From Eledone cirrhosa (taxonomy: Eukaryota): DNA of 64,000 bases. The DNA lies in contig OZ024741.1 in the NCBI GenBank assembly GCA_964016885.1, positions 150,102,001 to 150,166,000 on the forward strand. The letters run 5' to 3'. The notes beneath the pieces were generated by a model, which saw nothing but the letters and a program-made list of their open reading frames with translations, was not told where the DNA came from and did no database searches. The stretch's first letter is position 1, and every line of letters begins with the position of its first letter. The position numbers were made by a program, and so were the translations under genes. This document shows, one piece after another, positions 48,376 to 61,441 of this stretch.

Positions 48376-48589
48376 GTAAAGAAGTAAAGGAGAGGGGAGC
48401 ACCTTCTCCATGTGCTCCCCGGGCAAAGGATTGCACACTTTTTCGGGGGTGTGTGCAACCCCCATCACGTCCCCTCCCTTTTGAGGTTATTTTCGATTAT
48501 TTTCATGTTACACCCTTTTTACTCGATTATATGTAAACTCCCCCTTTGTATTTGTCCCTTCTTTTTATGCCTTTATGGTAAATAAAGAA

Positions 48590-48683
<94 letters not shown>

Positions 48684-49298
48684 GTTTATTCAGTTATTTA
48701 TTTGTAGATGTTTAAATGTAGAAAATAACTGCAAATACAGCCACTTGCTAAAAAATAAATTATAAAAATTGAGTAAAGACCCCATAGAGACGGAAAAAGA
48801 AGTTGCCAACGGCAAGTTCGGCTTAAGTTCGAAAGTTCGAGCTTCGTACACGGTGTTTGTTTACCTTTTCAAAAGCTGTCTGATTCAGTTCTTTGATTTA
48901 GAGGTAAAGGGTCCCAGCACTTAGGCGATATCTTAGAGACACGATGTTCGATCCCTCGTAGCGGCCGCTGACAACTTCTTTTTTCCGTCTCTAAGTGTCT
49001 TTATACATATTACAAGATGTCTGAAGTCAGATATGAATATACAAATAGATAGATATATGTTATCCTAACAGGACATAGACACACAAACCAACGCTGAACT
49101 TACATGATTGTCATATGAGCAGTTACAAATAGCAGCTAAATCTCCCTATATCATATACAGCCACTTCAAAAATATTCAACAAAAGTTATGGACACATTGG
49201 ATAATATGATGCCACAGAAACTGTCTCAACATTCCCCGTAAAAAAAACAACAATAAACCGGATGGTCATGGCTGGGATGTCTTTGATAAAAACTTTTC

Positions 49299-49335
<37 letters not shown>

Positions 49336-49917
49336 GAGAGTCAGATGTAATGTATCTTTTGTCGGTTTCGACGATGACATTTAGTTGTTAAATAAACCAA
49401 ACGTTCAACTCGTGAATTAACGTGTAAGTGGTTGAGTATTCCGCAGAAATATAATTCTCAAACCGAGTTATTTGACACTATATGTGACAATCTTAGACCT
49501 TTGAACAGTCCATTCGATTGGTTTCCACACAACTTCTGTTTACTCAATTTCCTTCACATGGCTTAGATCGAACACGAGATCTCTAGAATGCAAAGCGAAC
49601 GTCTTAACCATTCAGCCATGCTTGCTACCATGAGAAAATCCGAAGACAGTATGGTGACCGCAGGTAATTAGAAGAGCCGGATTTAGGACAAAGTGCTACT
49701 TAACGGGATAGATGCACGTAAACAGAGGGATTAGCTCGATAGCGAGTAATTTTGCCGTAATCTGTTTCTAATCCGATAATAATTAAGTGGAGAAGAACTT
49801 TTGATCTGTTTGTTGTCCAAACTAAGTGGCATATTGGTTTGAGTGTGTATAGGAGAGTAATTGTACGTGTGTGTGTGTGTGTGTGTGAGTGTATGTATAT
49901 ATGTCATATGTAAGTAT

Positions 49918-49958
<41 letters not shown>

Positions 49959-50550
49959 TGTGTGTGTACATGTATGTGTGCGTGTGTGAGATTTTGTATG
50001 TGTGAATATATGTGTGCGTGTTATGTGTGAGTGTGTGTGTGCGTGTGTGTTGTTGCCTTCTGGGCCAGGCCTTTAGAAAGTGGGTTGCCATTGAAACCAC
50101 AAGCCACTATCTACGGATCTATTGTTGCAGATATTCTAAAGCTCGGCCTTAGTGGCCGTGCATAGTGTGTCTTCCGACATTTAATAGTTGTTGTTTAGTC
50201 CTAAGTCGGGCTCCTTAGAGTCAATTCTGATCCACTACGTAAGTAGTTGCACTACAACGAGATGCTGTGGAAACAGGATCCGAATTGTTAGGAAGTTCAC
50301 TTCGCAGTCACAAGATACCGGGTTCGATCCCTCTACGTAGCATCTGCGCAAGTGTAATTTACCATAGCCTCGGGCTGACCCAAGCATTATGATTGAATTT
50401 GGGTAGACGGAAACTGTTTGGAAGCCGGTTGGATGGACTGTGCCTGTAATTCAAAGGACAGTCTTGTCACATACTGTGTTACCACGAATCTCCCTGAGAA
50501 TTACATTAAAGATACACTTGTCTGGAATACTTAGCCATTTATTTACACTA

Positions 50551-50728
50551 TACAGGTAAAATTCCGTTATAACGAACACCATTATAGGGAATGTTTCAGT
50601 ATAACGAAATTTTTTCAATTCCCGACCACACGCTCGATGTGTTAGGTCGCTCTCGTTATAAAGAATTTTTCGTTACAACGATTTTTTTTAATACCCCGTG
50701 AATTTCGTTATAACGGAATTTCAATGTA
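50551..50728. mobile_element. pogo/Tigger-like MITE
   Basis: TA-flanked TIRs CAGGTAAAATTCCGTTATAACGAA / TTCGTTATAACGGAATTTCAATG with internal TAACGA subrepeats. Confidence 0.75.
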
Positions 50729-50769
50729 ATACAAGCTGGACTGTTCGACTGTTCCATTTGTTTAACCAA

Positions 50770-51008
50770 CGGAATAACCTGTTCGTGAAATTAACTTGTA
50801 TGTGGCCCAGCATTCCAAAGACACATGTACTAACGTAGTTTTCAGTGTAATTAGTGTGTGATAGGGCTGACTATTTGAGTCATAGGTACAACTCATGTCT
50901 TTCTAGCTGGCTTAGAGCAACGTCAAATAAAGTACTTAGCTCTTGGGAATCGAATTCATGACATTACGATCGTGAGCCTAATATCTTGACCACCAAGCCA
51001 CGCGCCTT
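50770..51008 (-). mobile_element. tRNA-derived SINE fragment
   Basis: Minus GGCGCGTGGCTTGGTGGTCAAG...GAATTCGATTCCC; body similar to 26480-26812. Confidence 0.6.
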
Positions 51009-51030
51009 CCGAAGTATTATGAATCTGTTG

Positions 51031-51062
<32 letters not shown>

Positions 51063-51068
<6 letters not shown>

Positions 51069-51491
51069 ATTAAATAAATGGAAACTATATTTATAAAACC
51101 ATATTTATTTCGTTATATATATTTCAGGGATATCATATTAACAATATGTTATGCCTTCTTCAGACAAAATACAATATAAACAGTCTTATAAATAAATAGA
51201 TACGACATACCTTTCAATCACCTTGCATTTGGGAGGTTGATTTGGCAGTAAAAAATATTGTGGACAGTAAAAAATATTGTGGACAACTGTCCACAATATT
51301 TTTTACTGCCAAATCAACCTCCCAAATGCAAGGTGATTGAAAGGTATGTCGTATCTATTTATTTATAAGACTGTTTATATTGTATTTTGTCTGAAGAAGG
51401 CATAACATATTGTTAATATGATATCCCTGAAATATATATAACGAAATAAATATGGTTTTATAAATATAGTTTCCATTTATTTAATATCATA
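51063..51491. repeat. 206-bp-arm inverted repeat with a hammerhead in each arm
   Basis: Arms 51063-51268 and 51286-51491 appear perfectly complementary; the 17-nt spacer duplicates the arm end. Confidence 0.92.
51383..51448 (+). ncRNA. Minimal type I hammerhead (mirror copy on the minus strand at ~51106-51171)
   Basis: TATTTTGT-CTGAAGA-AGG...CATATT(GTT)AATATG...CCT-GAAA-TATATA-TA-ACGAAATA. Confidence 0.75.
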
Positions 51492-52199
51492 AATATACTC
51501 CAAATACTTGTTGAGTGCTTTTATATCAGTTATAAATATTTACTCGTTGTTAACCCAACAATTTAAATATAACTTTCCATATATATATATATATATATTA
51601 TAATAATAATAATAATAATAAAAGTAACGAATATCAATGAATCTGGCAATTGCAGTAATGCAGCTGCAATCAACTGACAAGAGTGCACACATTTTGTTAA
51701 CAGTAGATACGTTGGCTGTGTTTAGGTAGAGATAGATGTAAATATCTAATTTCCTGGACGATCGTTTATTAGTAATATAACTTTACAAATGTAGATATTA
51801 CGTCTGCAATGTTCAGAAAATCATGCAAAATCAGCGGATATTTACATAATTGGGCTATTACACGTCTTCAGCAGACTTCCCCAAATCATACAATAAGTCC
51901 GCCCAGTGTTGGCTAGTCATCACTACTGGGTAAGTTATCTAGCAGTTCACGGCAATCCCTCACTCCGCCTCTAATGAGAAGAAGAATCTCTTGCAGACTA
52001 AAATCACGTGGTTTTGGTGGTTGAATCCAAACAAAGGAATTCGTGGCAAAACGAAGCACTCAACCGACTTCTAGTATATGTGCATACGTACACAACGAGG
52101 TTCATGCATATATATACATATATACAAGCAAATAAAATTTGATTTGTGATATATATATTAATCACAAATTAATATATTATTTCCATTATTTCCTCACAC

Positions 52200-52632
52200 A
52201 AGGACGGTGGATTGGTAGTATCAGTTGAGTTTCAGAAAACATGATTTGCGTTCTGAGATCAAATCACGCCGCGGTTAGCTTTGCATTTCATCCTTACGGA
52301 AGTTAAAATAAAGTATCAGTAACGTACTGGGGTCGATTTAATCGACTTTTCCCCCAATTAAATTGTGGGCCTTATGCCTGAATCAGAAATCCTTATTTTC
52401 CCACACAATGGCCTGGATTGGCAGAATCATTGCTGCGTCTGGCATAATGCATAACGGCATTTCGTTACAGTATTTTACACGCAGAATTCAAATCTCACTT
52501 TGGTCAACTTTGCCTTTCGTCCTTCCTGGGTAGATAAAATTAAGTAGCAGTCAAGTACTAGGTTCGATATAATCAACTGGTCCTCTTCTCCCATAATTGC
52601 TGGCCTTGTGCTTGAATTAGAAATCCTTATTT
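52200..52632 (+). mobile_element. Two tandem degenerate octopus-type SINE copies
   Basis: GGATTGG.AG.ATC...CTTTGC.TTTC.TCCTT...AAAAT.AAGTA.CAGT...GGCCTT.TGC occurs twice. Confidence 0.7.
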
Positions 52633-53465
52633 CCTCTCATATTTAATCTTCTTTAAATGTTCCACTTATTAAAACTATCTTTATCAAATTGAATATCGTT
52701 TATGATACCTTTGGCGCCTGAAAATCATTTAATTTTTAACTAAAACTATTTGTAATTATTAATGAATTAAATAATTAGTTTTATTAAATAATTAATTTTA
52801 AATTAATTTTTTTGATTATATTTTGTTATTTTCGCTAGAAATATATTTAGGTAATGAGTCAATTATTAAAGCTTGAATTTATATACTGTAAGATAATAAT
52901 ACTTCCACTGAAGAACTCAAATAAAGCTGGAACGATTATCATTTCCCCTATTTACGGATGGTGCATTAGCAACTTAGTAATACAATTTTTATTTTTTCAT
53001 CGTTTATTTAATCTTTTTTTGTACTCTTGTTTTTACTTTCTCCCCCCCCCCCTTTCTTTCTCCCACCCTCTCTGTATATAATCCACTCTGTATAATCCAC
53101 TCATTTTTTCTTCTTCAGCCTCCCAGCCTATTCTTTCTCATAATCCTATTATTTTCTGATGAATGACTAACGTCCGACTCGTTGAAACTTTCCTTTTCCT
53201 TTTCCAACAAACTAATAAGACTTTGTATAATTGTATCCCTGTATTTGTCTTCATTTGATTTTGAACTACCTCCATCTCTACCCCACTCCTAATCATCACC
53301 ACACACACACGAATATATATTACAATATGTGTTTTAAAATACAGTAGTATTTAAAACATTCAGACATTTATTGAATGAGCACTCAATACTGGTGGATAGC
53401 GAATAGAAATTTATTTTCGAACGAGTAAAGTGGTAGACTTCGAAGTTTTAGCTTAGTCACTTCTT

Positions 53466-53501
<36 letters not shown>

Positions 53502-53929
53502 ACACACACACACACACACTCATACGCGCACACACATAGTATTAGGAAAAAACTAGGCAAGAAGAGAGGAGAGATTTGATGAAAGATTTATTACATCATA
53601 TTACCTAACACGTGTTTCATCACTGTTAGCAATCATCTATATTTTTTTTCCTTATTTACTCACTTGCATTATGACTGCGTTCAAGCGAATCGTCAGAGAT
53701 AAATGAAATAATTGAAGACGATATATAATCTCAAATATATTTTAGGTATATTTGTGTACAAAGAGAAGGAGGAGGAAGTGCAGTGAATAACAGCCAACGG
53801 GTTGCTAGTATCCACGATGTTGCTGGAGTTAGAAATATCATTGGTTGAAAAACATTTTTTATAAAGTCCATTGAACATTTTTTGACTGAAAATTTTTGAC
53901 TGAAAAACATATTCATCATGATATATATG

Positions 53930-54120
53930 TTACGGTAGATTGGCAGTATCGGTAGAGGGTCGGATTCCATGCTTTCCAGCATAGTTACGTCCCTTAACGA
54001 TCTGAGTACAAATCCCGCCGAGGTTGACTTTGCCTTTCATCCTTACGGGGTCGATAAAATAAAGTACCAGTAATATACTGAGTAATTGCTGGCCTTGTGC
54101 CAAAAGTAGAAACAATTATT
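53930..54120 (+). mobile_element. Octopus-type tRNA-derived SINE
   Basis: Close match to 26263-26455. Confidence 0.85.
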
Positions 54121-54848
54121 TCTGTTACGATACTTAAAATTAATATATCTGCTTAATTTGTTGAGATGCTTGTGCTACTTGTGCTGTGTCTGGTACATCA
54201 CACCTCTTTCTAACGGATGCGACGCCCAGCCCTACTTATATCTGCTGTCACTGTTAAAAAATTAATTCAAACCATGAGGTGTTCGATTGAATATTTCTCG
54301 GAACATGACAGATATAAAAGTATTTTGTATTTTATTGGATCTTATAACAAGACGTTTTTCTTCTGACGATTAGTTCCATATCTCCTGGAGCTATACAAAG
54401 TCGATAGTTGGTAATCTCTTTCTCTCTTACCATCTATTTCCTTTCTCCCACTCTCTCTCTGTCGGTATGTTTTTCTTTTGTTTTTTTCTCGTTTTCTATC
54501 GTTCTTTTGGCTATCGCCTCTGTTTTTGTTGTTGTTTTCTTCCCTGATAATTATACCTCTTAATTATCAACGCACTGAGGTGATATGTACTGTCTTTAAT
54601 GCGTGGAAACATCAGTGACCCACAGCGGGAATTGTCCTTATGTTTGTCTTTCTCTTACGTATTTATTAGTAACCACACAGCGCCTTTGTCACTTTTTAAT
54701 TCATATATATATGATGATTTCTCCCGAATGAAACAGTTCTAGTACTGTAGAAGTCATTTCTATATTAAATATTTATACTCCGCTATGTATTGAGTACCTT
54801 ACTTACTGTGGTTACCCCCCCACCCCCCGATTGAATGAACTCGGGATA

Positions 54849-54908
<60 letters not shown>

Positions 54909-55541
54909 TGTGTGTGTGTGTGTGCGTGCGTGTATGTGTGTGTCTGTGCCCAAATATACATATATATACAAATTCTCACACATAGGTATTCTCGTTGAAT
55001 ACCATGTCTCTATATTAACACAGTATCAGCATCCATTGAGTGGTTTCGCAATGCACGTAGTTCTAAAAATGGTAAAATGCGCAACAAATAAAGACTAAGT
55101 AAAAACAAAAATAAAAAACCAGAATCCTTCCTGAAATAAGAGAAAAAGCTGAAAAATTGCCCCCAACCCCCCACAATTTCTTCTTCTTCTTCTTCTTCTT
55201 CTTCTTCTTCTTCTTCTTCTTCTTCTTCTTCTCACCATCATCACCAATTTGATATATTTACAACTTTTAAATGATTTCTAATACAAAAATAAGCTATAAC
55301 GGTAAAAGAAAGTTCCTTAGATTTCTATTTCTTTCTTTCTTCTGTATTACAAAAAATAAAGGAAGGTAAACATTTTCTTTTTTTTAGTTTGATCAACGAA
55401 ATTTTCTCTATTTATTAAAAAAAACACACACACACGCACACACTATTTTTAACTTTTATTTTTTCTAAGTCTGTAGTCACACACCAACTATACCTCCAGG
55501 TTAAATATTGCAGTAGTCAACTTAACTTATGCGCGCGGATT

Positions 55542-55602
<61 letters not shown>

Positions 55603-56417
55603 TCTCTCTCTCCCCTCTTTCTCTCTTACACATACACACACAATCATACAGACACACAAACACACGCACATATATGCATGCATTTATATATGAACACACA
55701 TCTTTCACATATACTTTTTCCCCTTCCCGTGCGCTCCCGCACTACACACACACACACACGCATGTATATAAACCTACATACATGTAGATATGAATATGTA
55801 TTTATAATAAATTTAATCTTGCAATAAATGCAATGCTATATCTCATCGATATAGGAAATTTAATGTCACGACAGTGCTTGATATCTTCAGCTAGAGCTAA
55901 TGACTAAAACCAATAAAAGAATCATAAGTAGCACATATTTCTGTAGAATGCTCATTCATTTGTGCATTATTTCCTGAAAACTGGTCGTCGGAGCTGAAGT
56001 AAGTACAACAATAATAACAACAGCAATAACCAGTTACGACCAGTGTCTTGGTTGTGTTGGTGTTTGTGCCCCAGTAGTCACACGTCAACTGCGTAACCGA
56101 GATCGGCAAAAGGATGCACGATTTAAAACTCAGAATGCACAAAACCGCATCAGATATCGCAAAGCTTTTGCAAGTTGTAATCGAGAAAGTAAATATAATC
56201 GAGAAAGTAAATATAAAAAAGTACCACCTTTGAATATCCATATATGTTGATAGCTTTGCCAGGAAAATGAAGAATTTGACCGGCATTTATTATACAACGA
56301 AGTTTGATGACTTTCTAAAGGCAACGTTTTAATTATTTTTTTTGGTCTGCATTAATCTAGAAAGCAAGGAAACTAATATATTTTCTTCATATCTTTAACA
56401 AATTAAACGAGGTAATC

Positions 56418-56429
56418 ATGAAGCAGCAG
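56418..56429 (+). CDS. Possible first coding micro-segment (MKQQ) of a host gene followed by a splice donor
   Basis: aatcATGAAGCAGCAG|GTAAGT at the end of ~550 bp of unique sequence downstream of (CT)n; no downstream exon identified. Confidence 0.25.
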
Positions 56430-56471
56430 GTAAGTACGATGTGCTTTATTAATGCAATATATATCTATCTA

Positions 56472-56576
<105 letters not shown>

Positions 56577-56579
56577 TGA

Positions 56580-57262
56580 TACATTAACGGAGCCATAGAC
56601 TCTCGCCGTTCCCTGTAAATAATGTGCTCAAAGGAGAGGAAATCCTGGGCACTTTAAAATACAATATGTTGAAAAGGTAACACACTAGAGAGAGAGATAC
56701 AGTGCGCTATCAATAAAACAGGGAAAAAAACCACCAGTGTATGGAATCTATAACCTATGAAAGGCAGAATATAGACACGATAATTAAATATATAAATTAA
56801 AGCGTAAATAAATATCTCTATAATTATATAACACACGTACAAATCCAAAGAGATCTGTTTCGCCAGTAAGTTGTTGACGGAAATGATATAACCCAAGTTC
56901 ATCAGCGTGTGTTAGGCCATACATTTCAGACAACACTAAGAGAATTTTCAAAGCGGCCGTCCAATTACATGTGGGAGAGAGAAGTCACAGCGTGTTTAAG
57001 GGCAGTGAACCAGTGGCCTCTGAGGGACGAACTGCTAGAAAGGGCAGCCCAAAACCACTCAGAGAAGTGTGCTCAACCAAACAGAGATAGAGGAAAAAGA
57101 CTGTTATAAGGAGCGAAATATCACGATATATTAACGGAGCCATAAACTCTCGCCGTTCCCTGTAAACAATGTGCTCAAAGGAGAGGAAATCCTGGGCACT
57201 TTAAAATACAATATGTTGAAAAGGTAACACACTAGAGAGAGATACAGTGCGCCATCAATAAA
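56580..57262. mobile_element. Element remnant with ~135-bp direct repeats (probable Penelope pLTR pair)
   Basis: 56582-56717 repeated at 57129-57262; a degenerate minus-strand CTGATGA...GAAAC lies between them; adjacent to (TA)n. Confidence 0.5.
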
Positions 57263-57806
57263 AGCTTCACGGCACAGGCATTGCTTTATATCTGGAGATC
57301 TCTCTGCACTTGTCACATGGTACCATGGGCCTAGCACTATGTGTCAATAATTGTCACAAGTGTAGTGTTTGTACCAAAGTTTTCAAGTCGCTGGCTGGAC
57401 TAAAAAGTCACACTCGTTCAGCGCATCGGTAGGGGTTCTCCTACATGTATATAAAGTAGTGGCCGTACTCGAAAACGAGTGGCAGCCACAATATATATAT
57501 ATATATGTGAAGTAATTCCGTCGGAAAAGTCCAGGAAAAAAGAGTGCTCTATGTAGCTAACAGAGCTTAATAGTTATGTAATAAACAACATAAGGCAATT
57601 ATTTCATTTACCAGTGGTTTCTTAAAAGCATAAAATTTTGCTTTCAATCATCAGAAAGAAAAAAATCCTGGTGTATTTATTGACGTTGGATTTTAAAAAC
57701 AAAAATATAATCTATATGAAAGTGAGGCTGGAAAAGGAAGAAGGAAAGGGAAAATAAAATAAAAACACACATGCAAACACACACACACACACACACACAA
57801 TTATAT

Positions 57807-57901
<95 letters not shown>

Positions 57902-58025
57902 CACACATACATACACACACACATATACACACACACATATATATGTGTATATATATATACATACACATACATACATACACACATAAATATCAACATATCC
58001 ATACATACACATACATATATACAAC

Positions 58026-58047
<22 letters not shown>

Positions 58048-58112
<65 letters not shown>

Positions 58113-58153
58113 TTATATATATATATTTATATATATATATTTTTATATATATG

Positions 58154-58199
<46 letters not shown>

Positions 58200-58257
58200 T
58201 ATATATATATATTTATATATATATATATTTATATATATATATTTATATATATATATT

Positions 58258-58290
<33 letters not shown>

Positions 58291-58291
58291 T

Positions 58292-58323
<32 letters not shown>

Positions 58324-58385
58324 TATATATATATATATTTATATATATATATTTATATATATATATATGTATTTATATATATATA

Positions 58386-58447
<62 letters not shown>

Positions 58448-58743
58448 TATATATATATATTTATATATATATATTTATATATATATATATATATATATGT
58501 ATTTATATATATATATTTATATATATATATATATTTATATATTTATATATATATATTTATATATATATATTTATATATATATATTTATATATATATATAT
58601 TTATATATATATATTTATATATATATATTTATATATATATATTTATATATATATGTATTTATATATATATATATTTATATCTATATATATTTATATCTAT
58701 ATATATTTATATATATATATATTTATTTATATATATATATATT

Positions 58744-58804
<61 letters not shown>

Positions 58805-58812
58805 ATATTTAT
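58048..58812. repeat. Long interrupted (TA)n tract
   Basis: Direct reading. Confidence 0.95.
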
Positions 58813-59046
58813 ATCGGCGATGAATTAGTTTTGCGAGGTTTTTTTTATATGAAATCGTGTGTCGAAACAAATATTGTTATATTTGGGGAGGGTCATATTT
58901 GTGTAATATTGCCAATATATTTATATATATATATATATATTTAGGGCGACCGGCTGAGGTTGAAGGAACAGAATAGCGGTCGCCCTCGGGTCCTCGATTT
59001 TCAGCCCCATGGATTTTATCTATTACATTCACGTATTATATTTCGA

Positions 59047-59104
59047 ATACCTGATGATATCACCGGATTCATACGGAACCCCGTCATTGAAATGATCATA
59101 GTAT
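59047..59104 (+). ncRNA. Minimal type I hammerhead ribozyme
   Basis: ATAC-CTGATGA-(imperfect stem II)-GAAA-TGATCA-TA-GTAT; palindromic stem III. Confidence 0.7.
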
Positions 59105-59149
59105 AATAAACCTTTCAAGGATTTACACAAATCCAGCCTCCTGTCATTT

Positions 59150-59215
<66 letters not shown>

Positions 59216-59361
59216 TTATTCAGGTTTGTTGGTTCACCACTGGATAGAACTGGTCATTCCGTATGGTCAATCTCGATGTAATATTATGGAGAGCACTCAA
59301 CGTCATGCAACTCACCCGTCTTCGTTTGTGTAGTTGGTGGTGCGAGTACAGAGTTAATTAT

Positions 59362-59513
59362 TATAAAATAACAGGAGGCTGGACTGGTGTAAATCCTTGA
59401 AAGGTTTATTATACTATGATTATTTCAATGACCGGATTCATACTGCTGCCGGTCATTGAAATGATCATAGTATAATAAACCTTTCAAGGATTTACACCAG
59501 TCCAGCCTCCTGT

Positions 59514-59522
<9 letters not shown>
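59362..59522. repeat. 74-bp-arm inverted repeat made of the 3' half of the 59047 hammerhead module
   Basis: Arms 59362-59435 and 59449-59522; sequence matches ~59082-59150. Confidence 0.85.
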
Positions 59523-59552
<30 letters not shown>

Positions 59553-59593
59553 TAGGAATAACCAAAGAGTGCTTAGAAATACATTGTTTTATT

Positions 59594-59640
59594 AGCTAAC
59601 AGTGTTTCATCCGTACCCCATGTCAGGAATCATCAGAACC
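59594..59640 (-). ncRNA. Minimal type I hammerhead ribozyme
   Basis: Minus GGTT-CTGATGA-T-TCC...GGA-T-GAAA-CACTG-TT-AGCT; weak stem I. Confidence 0.6.
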
Positions 59641-60832
59641 TATAAACAAGAGTATATCAATAGTTGCATGCTCCATCGAGCTGCGTCACCCGAACAAGGT
59701 TAAAGGACCAGCAAGGAGGTCCCGAGGCCAGCGCTATATGGAAAAAGACAGAATACATGATGCACATAATGTCATAAAATGTCTTAAAAAATTACATCAA
59801 AAATTAAAAATTACACCAAAAATTTATCACTTAAATGGTGCAATAGATGATAAAGAGGTTGGGAGAGGGTAACAAGGGATGAGTGAAGGTATTACTCAGC
59901 ATGATCAGAAACAATAAAAATGATAATAAAAAAGTACAAAAATACAGAGATAACAAAAGAGATAAATATAAAAATACAAAACAATAAAGGAACAAAAAGC
60001 CCGAAAACCCCCCAAAATATAAAACAAAGCAAAGCATAGATACATCAAAGCACAAGCAGTGCAAAAAACAGGGTGTACAGGCAGATTAAGAGAGTTTGCA
60101 AGCATGAGTCTGTGAGAAAAATAGTTGGTTAGCAGTGGTGTAGCCTTACATGTATGATAGTCCATATGAGGGATGCTGTACTCCAATTATGTCGCCTTGT
60201 AACAGGTCGATTTTCCTTATCATATCAGCACCCTACGAACCACATCGATATGTTCCAGTTCCGAACGTTAAGTGAGATAACACTATTTTTCTAAAACCCA
60301 TACCCAGGGGATTTATCACCATAGGCGGTCTGAGATATACACCTAAAATCTAAAATAAAAATAAAAAATAAAAGAAAGTACGATGAGTTAAAGAGATGTA
60401 TGGTGCATGTAGAGCCGGCACACAAGTGAGGAAATTGAAAACACGCCAGGTCCGCAATAACTGGCATTCCCCAAAGTCCTCACGTTCGGTCGCTCAACCC
60501 AACGTCCGAGATGAAATTCACTGTATGTCCAAGTTGACGTCCAACCAATGTGTCGTACCGTATACAACTATACCACAGTAAATGCAAATCGTGATGGCTA
60601 TCCCGTTACATAGACAGAAAGTGTATATAGGAAACTCTTCCAGGATCACATATGGCAGAGTGCGCAGATATTGTTATAATAATAGGCGGGTTTATTAGAG
60701 TGAGTGCAAATTTCTGTAGAATATATATATATATATAGAAGAGAGAACTCACGGCCAAACTTGTCAATGACAGCTATGTTATTTATATGTCCCCCACGTG
60801 GTTTTCGTTTAGATTATTGACTCCGGAGGCTA

Positions 60833-60960
60833 CAATCCATTCACAGTCGGGTGTGACTCCTCCTGAGTCGGCCGGAGTTCAATATCAAAGGCAAAGTGCA
60901 ACACTGGATATTGAACTCCGGCCGACCGAGGAGGGGTCACATCCGACTGTGAATGGATTG
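60833..60960. repeat. GC-rich near-perfect inverted repeat, 54-bp arms, 20-nt loop
   Basis: 60833-60886 pairs with 60907-60960 with few mismatches. Confidence 0.85.
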
Positions 60961-61149
60961 CAATGTATGTATGCAATGTATGTATGTGACCAGCGGCGCC
61001 GAATGACGCCCGATAGACTGGTCGGCGAAGGTGATCAAGGTGATATATATGTGTATATATGTATATGTGTATATATGTGTGTGTATATGTATATATGTGT
61101 ATATACATGTGTATATATATATGTACATATATATATATGTATATGTATA

Positions 61150-61210
<61 letters not shown>

Positions 61211-61357
61211 ATTAGAATACTGGAGCGTGTTTGAGTCAAACACCCTCTTCGTATTATAGAAATGACAGTAAAAGGTATAGCTCAATGCAGTTAAACAGAG
61301 CCAAAAAATTAAGAGAGTAAAACAAAGAATCCTTTAATACATCAAAAGTTTTTATTA

Positions 61358-61395
61358 GCCGACAATGTTTCGTCCTATTAAGGACTCATCAGGGC
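61358..61395 (-). ncRNA. Minimal type I hammerhead in an inverted segment at the 5' junction of the second Penelope element
   Basis: Minus GCC-CTGATGA-GTCCT(TAAT)AGGAC-GAAA-CATTG-TC-GGC; canonical core. Confidence 0.88.
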
Positions 61396-61441
61396 AATCA
61401 AAACAACAAGAGGTAATTTCGGCAGATACAAGCCCAATAAT

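Larger units (their letters stand above)
42772..48589 (+). mobile_element. Tx1/L1-type LINE copy 3 (full length, nearly intact)
   Basis: Same architecture; followed by (ATCT)n at 48590-48683. Confidence 0.94.

Noticed and set aside
53155-54755. Hammerhead-like remnants at ~53156, ~53605(-), ~54363 and ~54711
   Set aside because: Each lacks GAAA, CUGA or stem I, so not called as ribozymes
59640-60720. Possible decayed GIY-YIG coding remnant on the minus strand (CIYC...YGTT)
   Set aside because: Too degenerate to support a call
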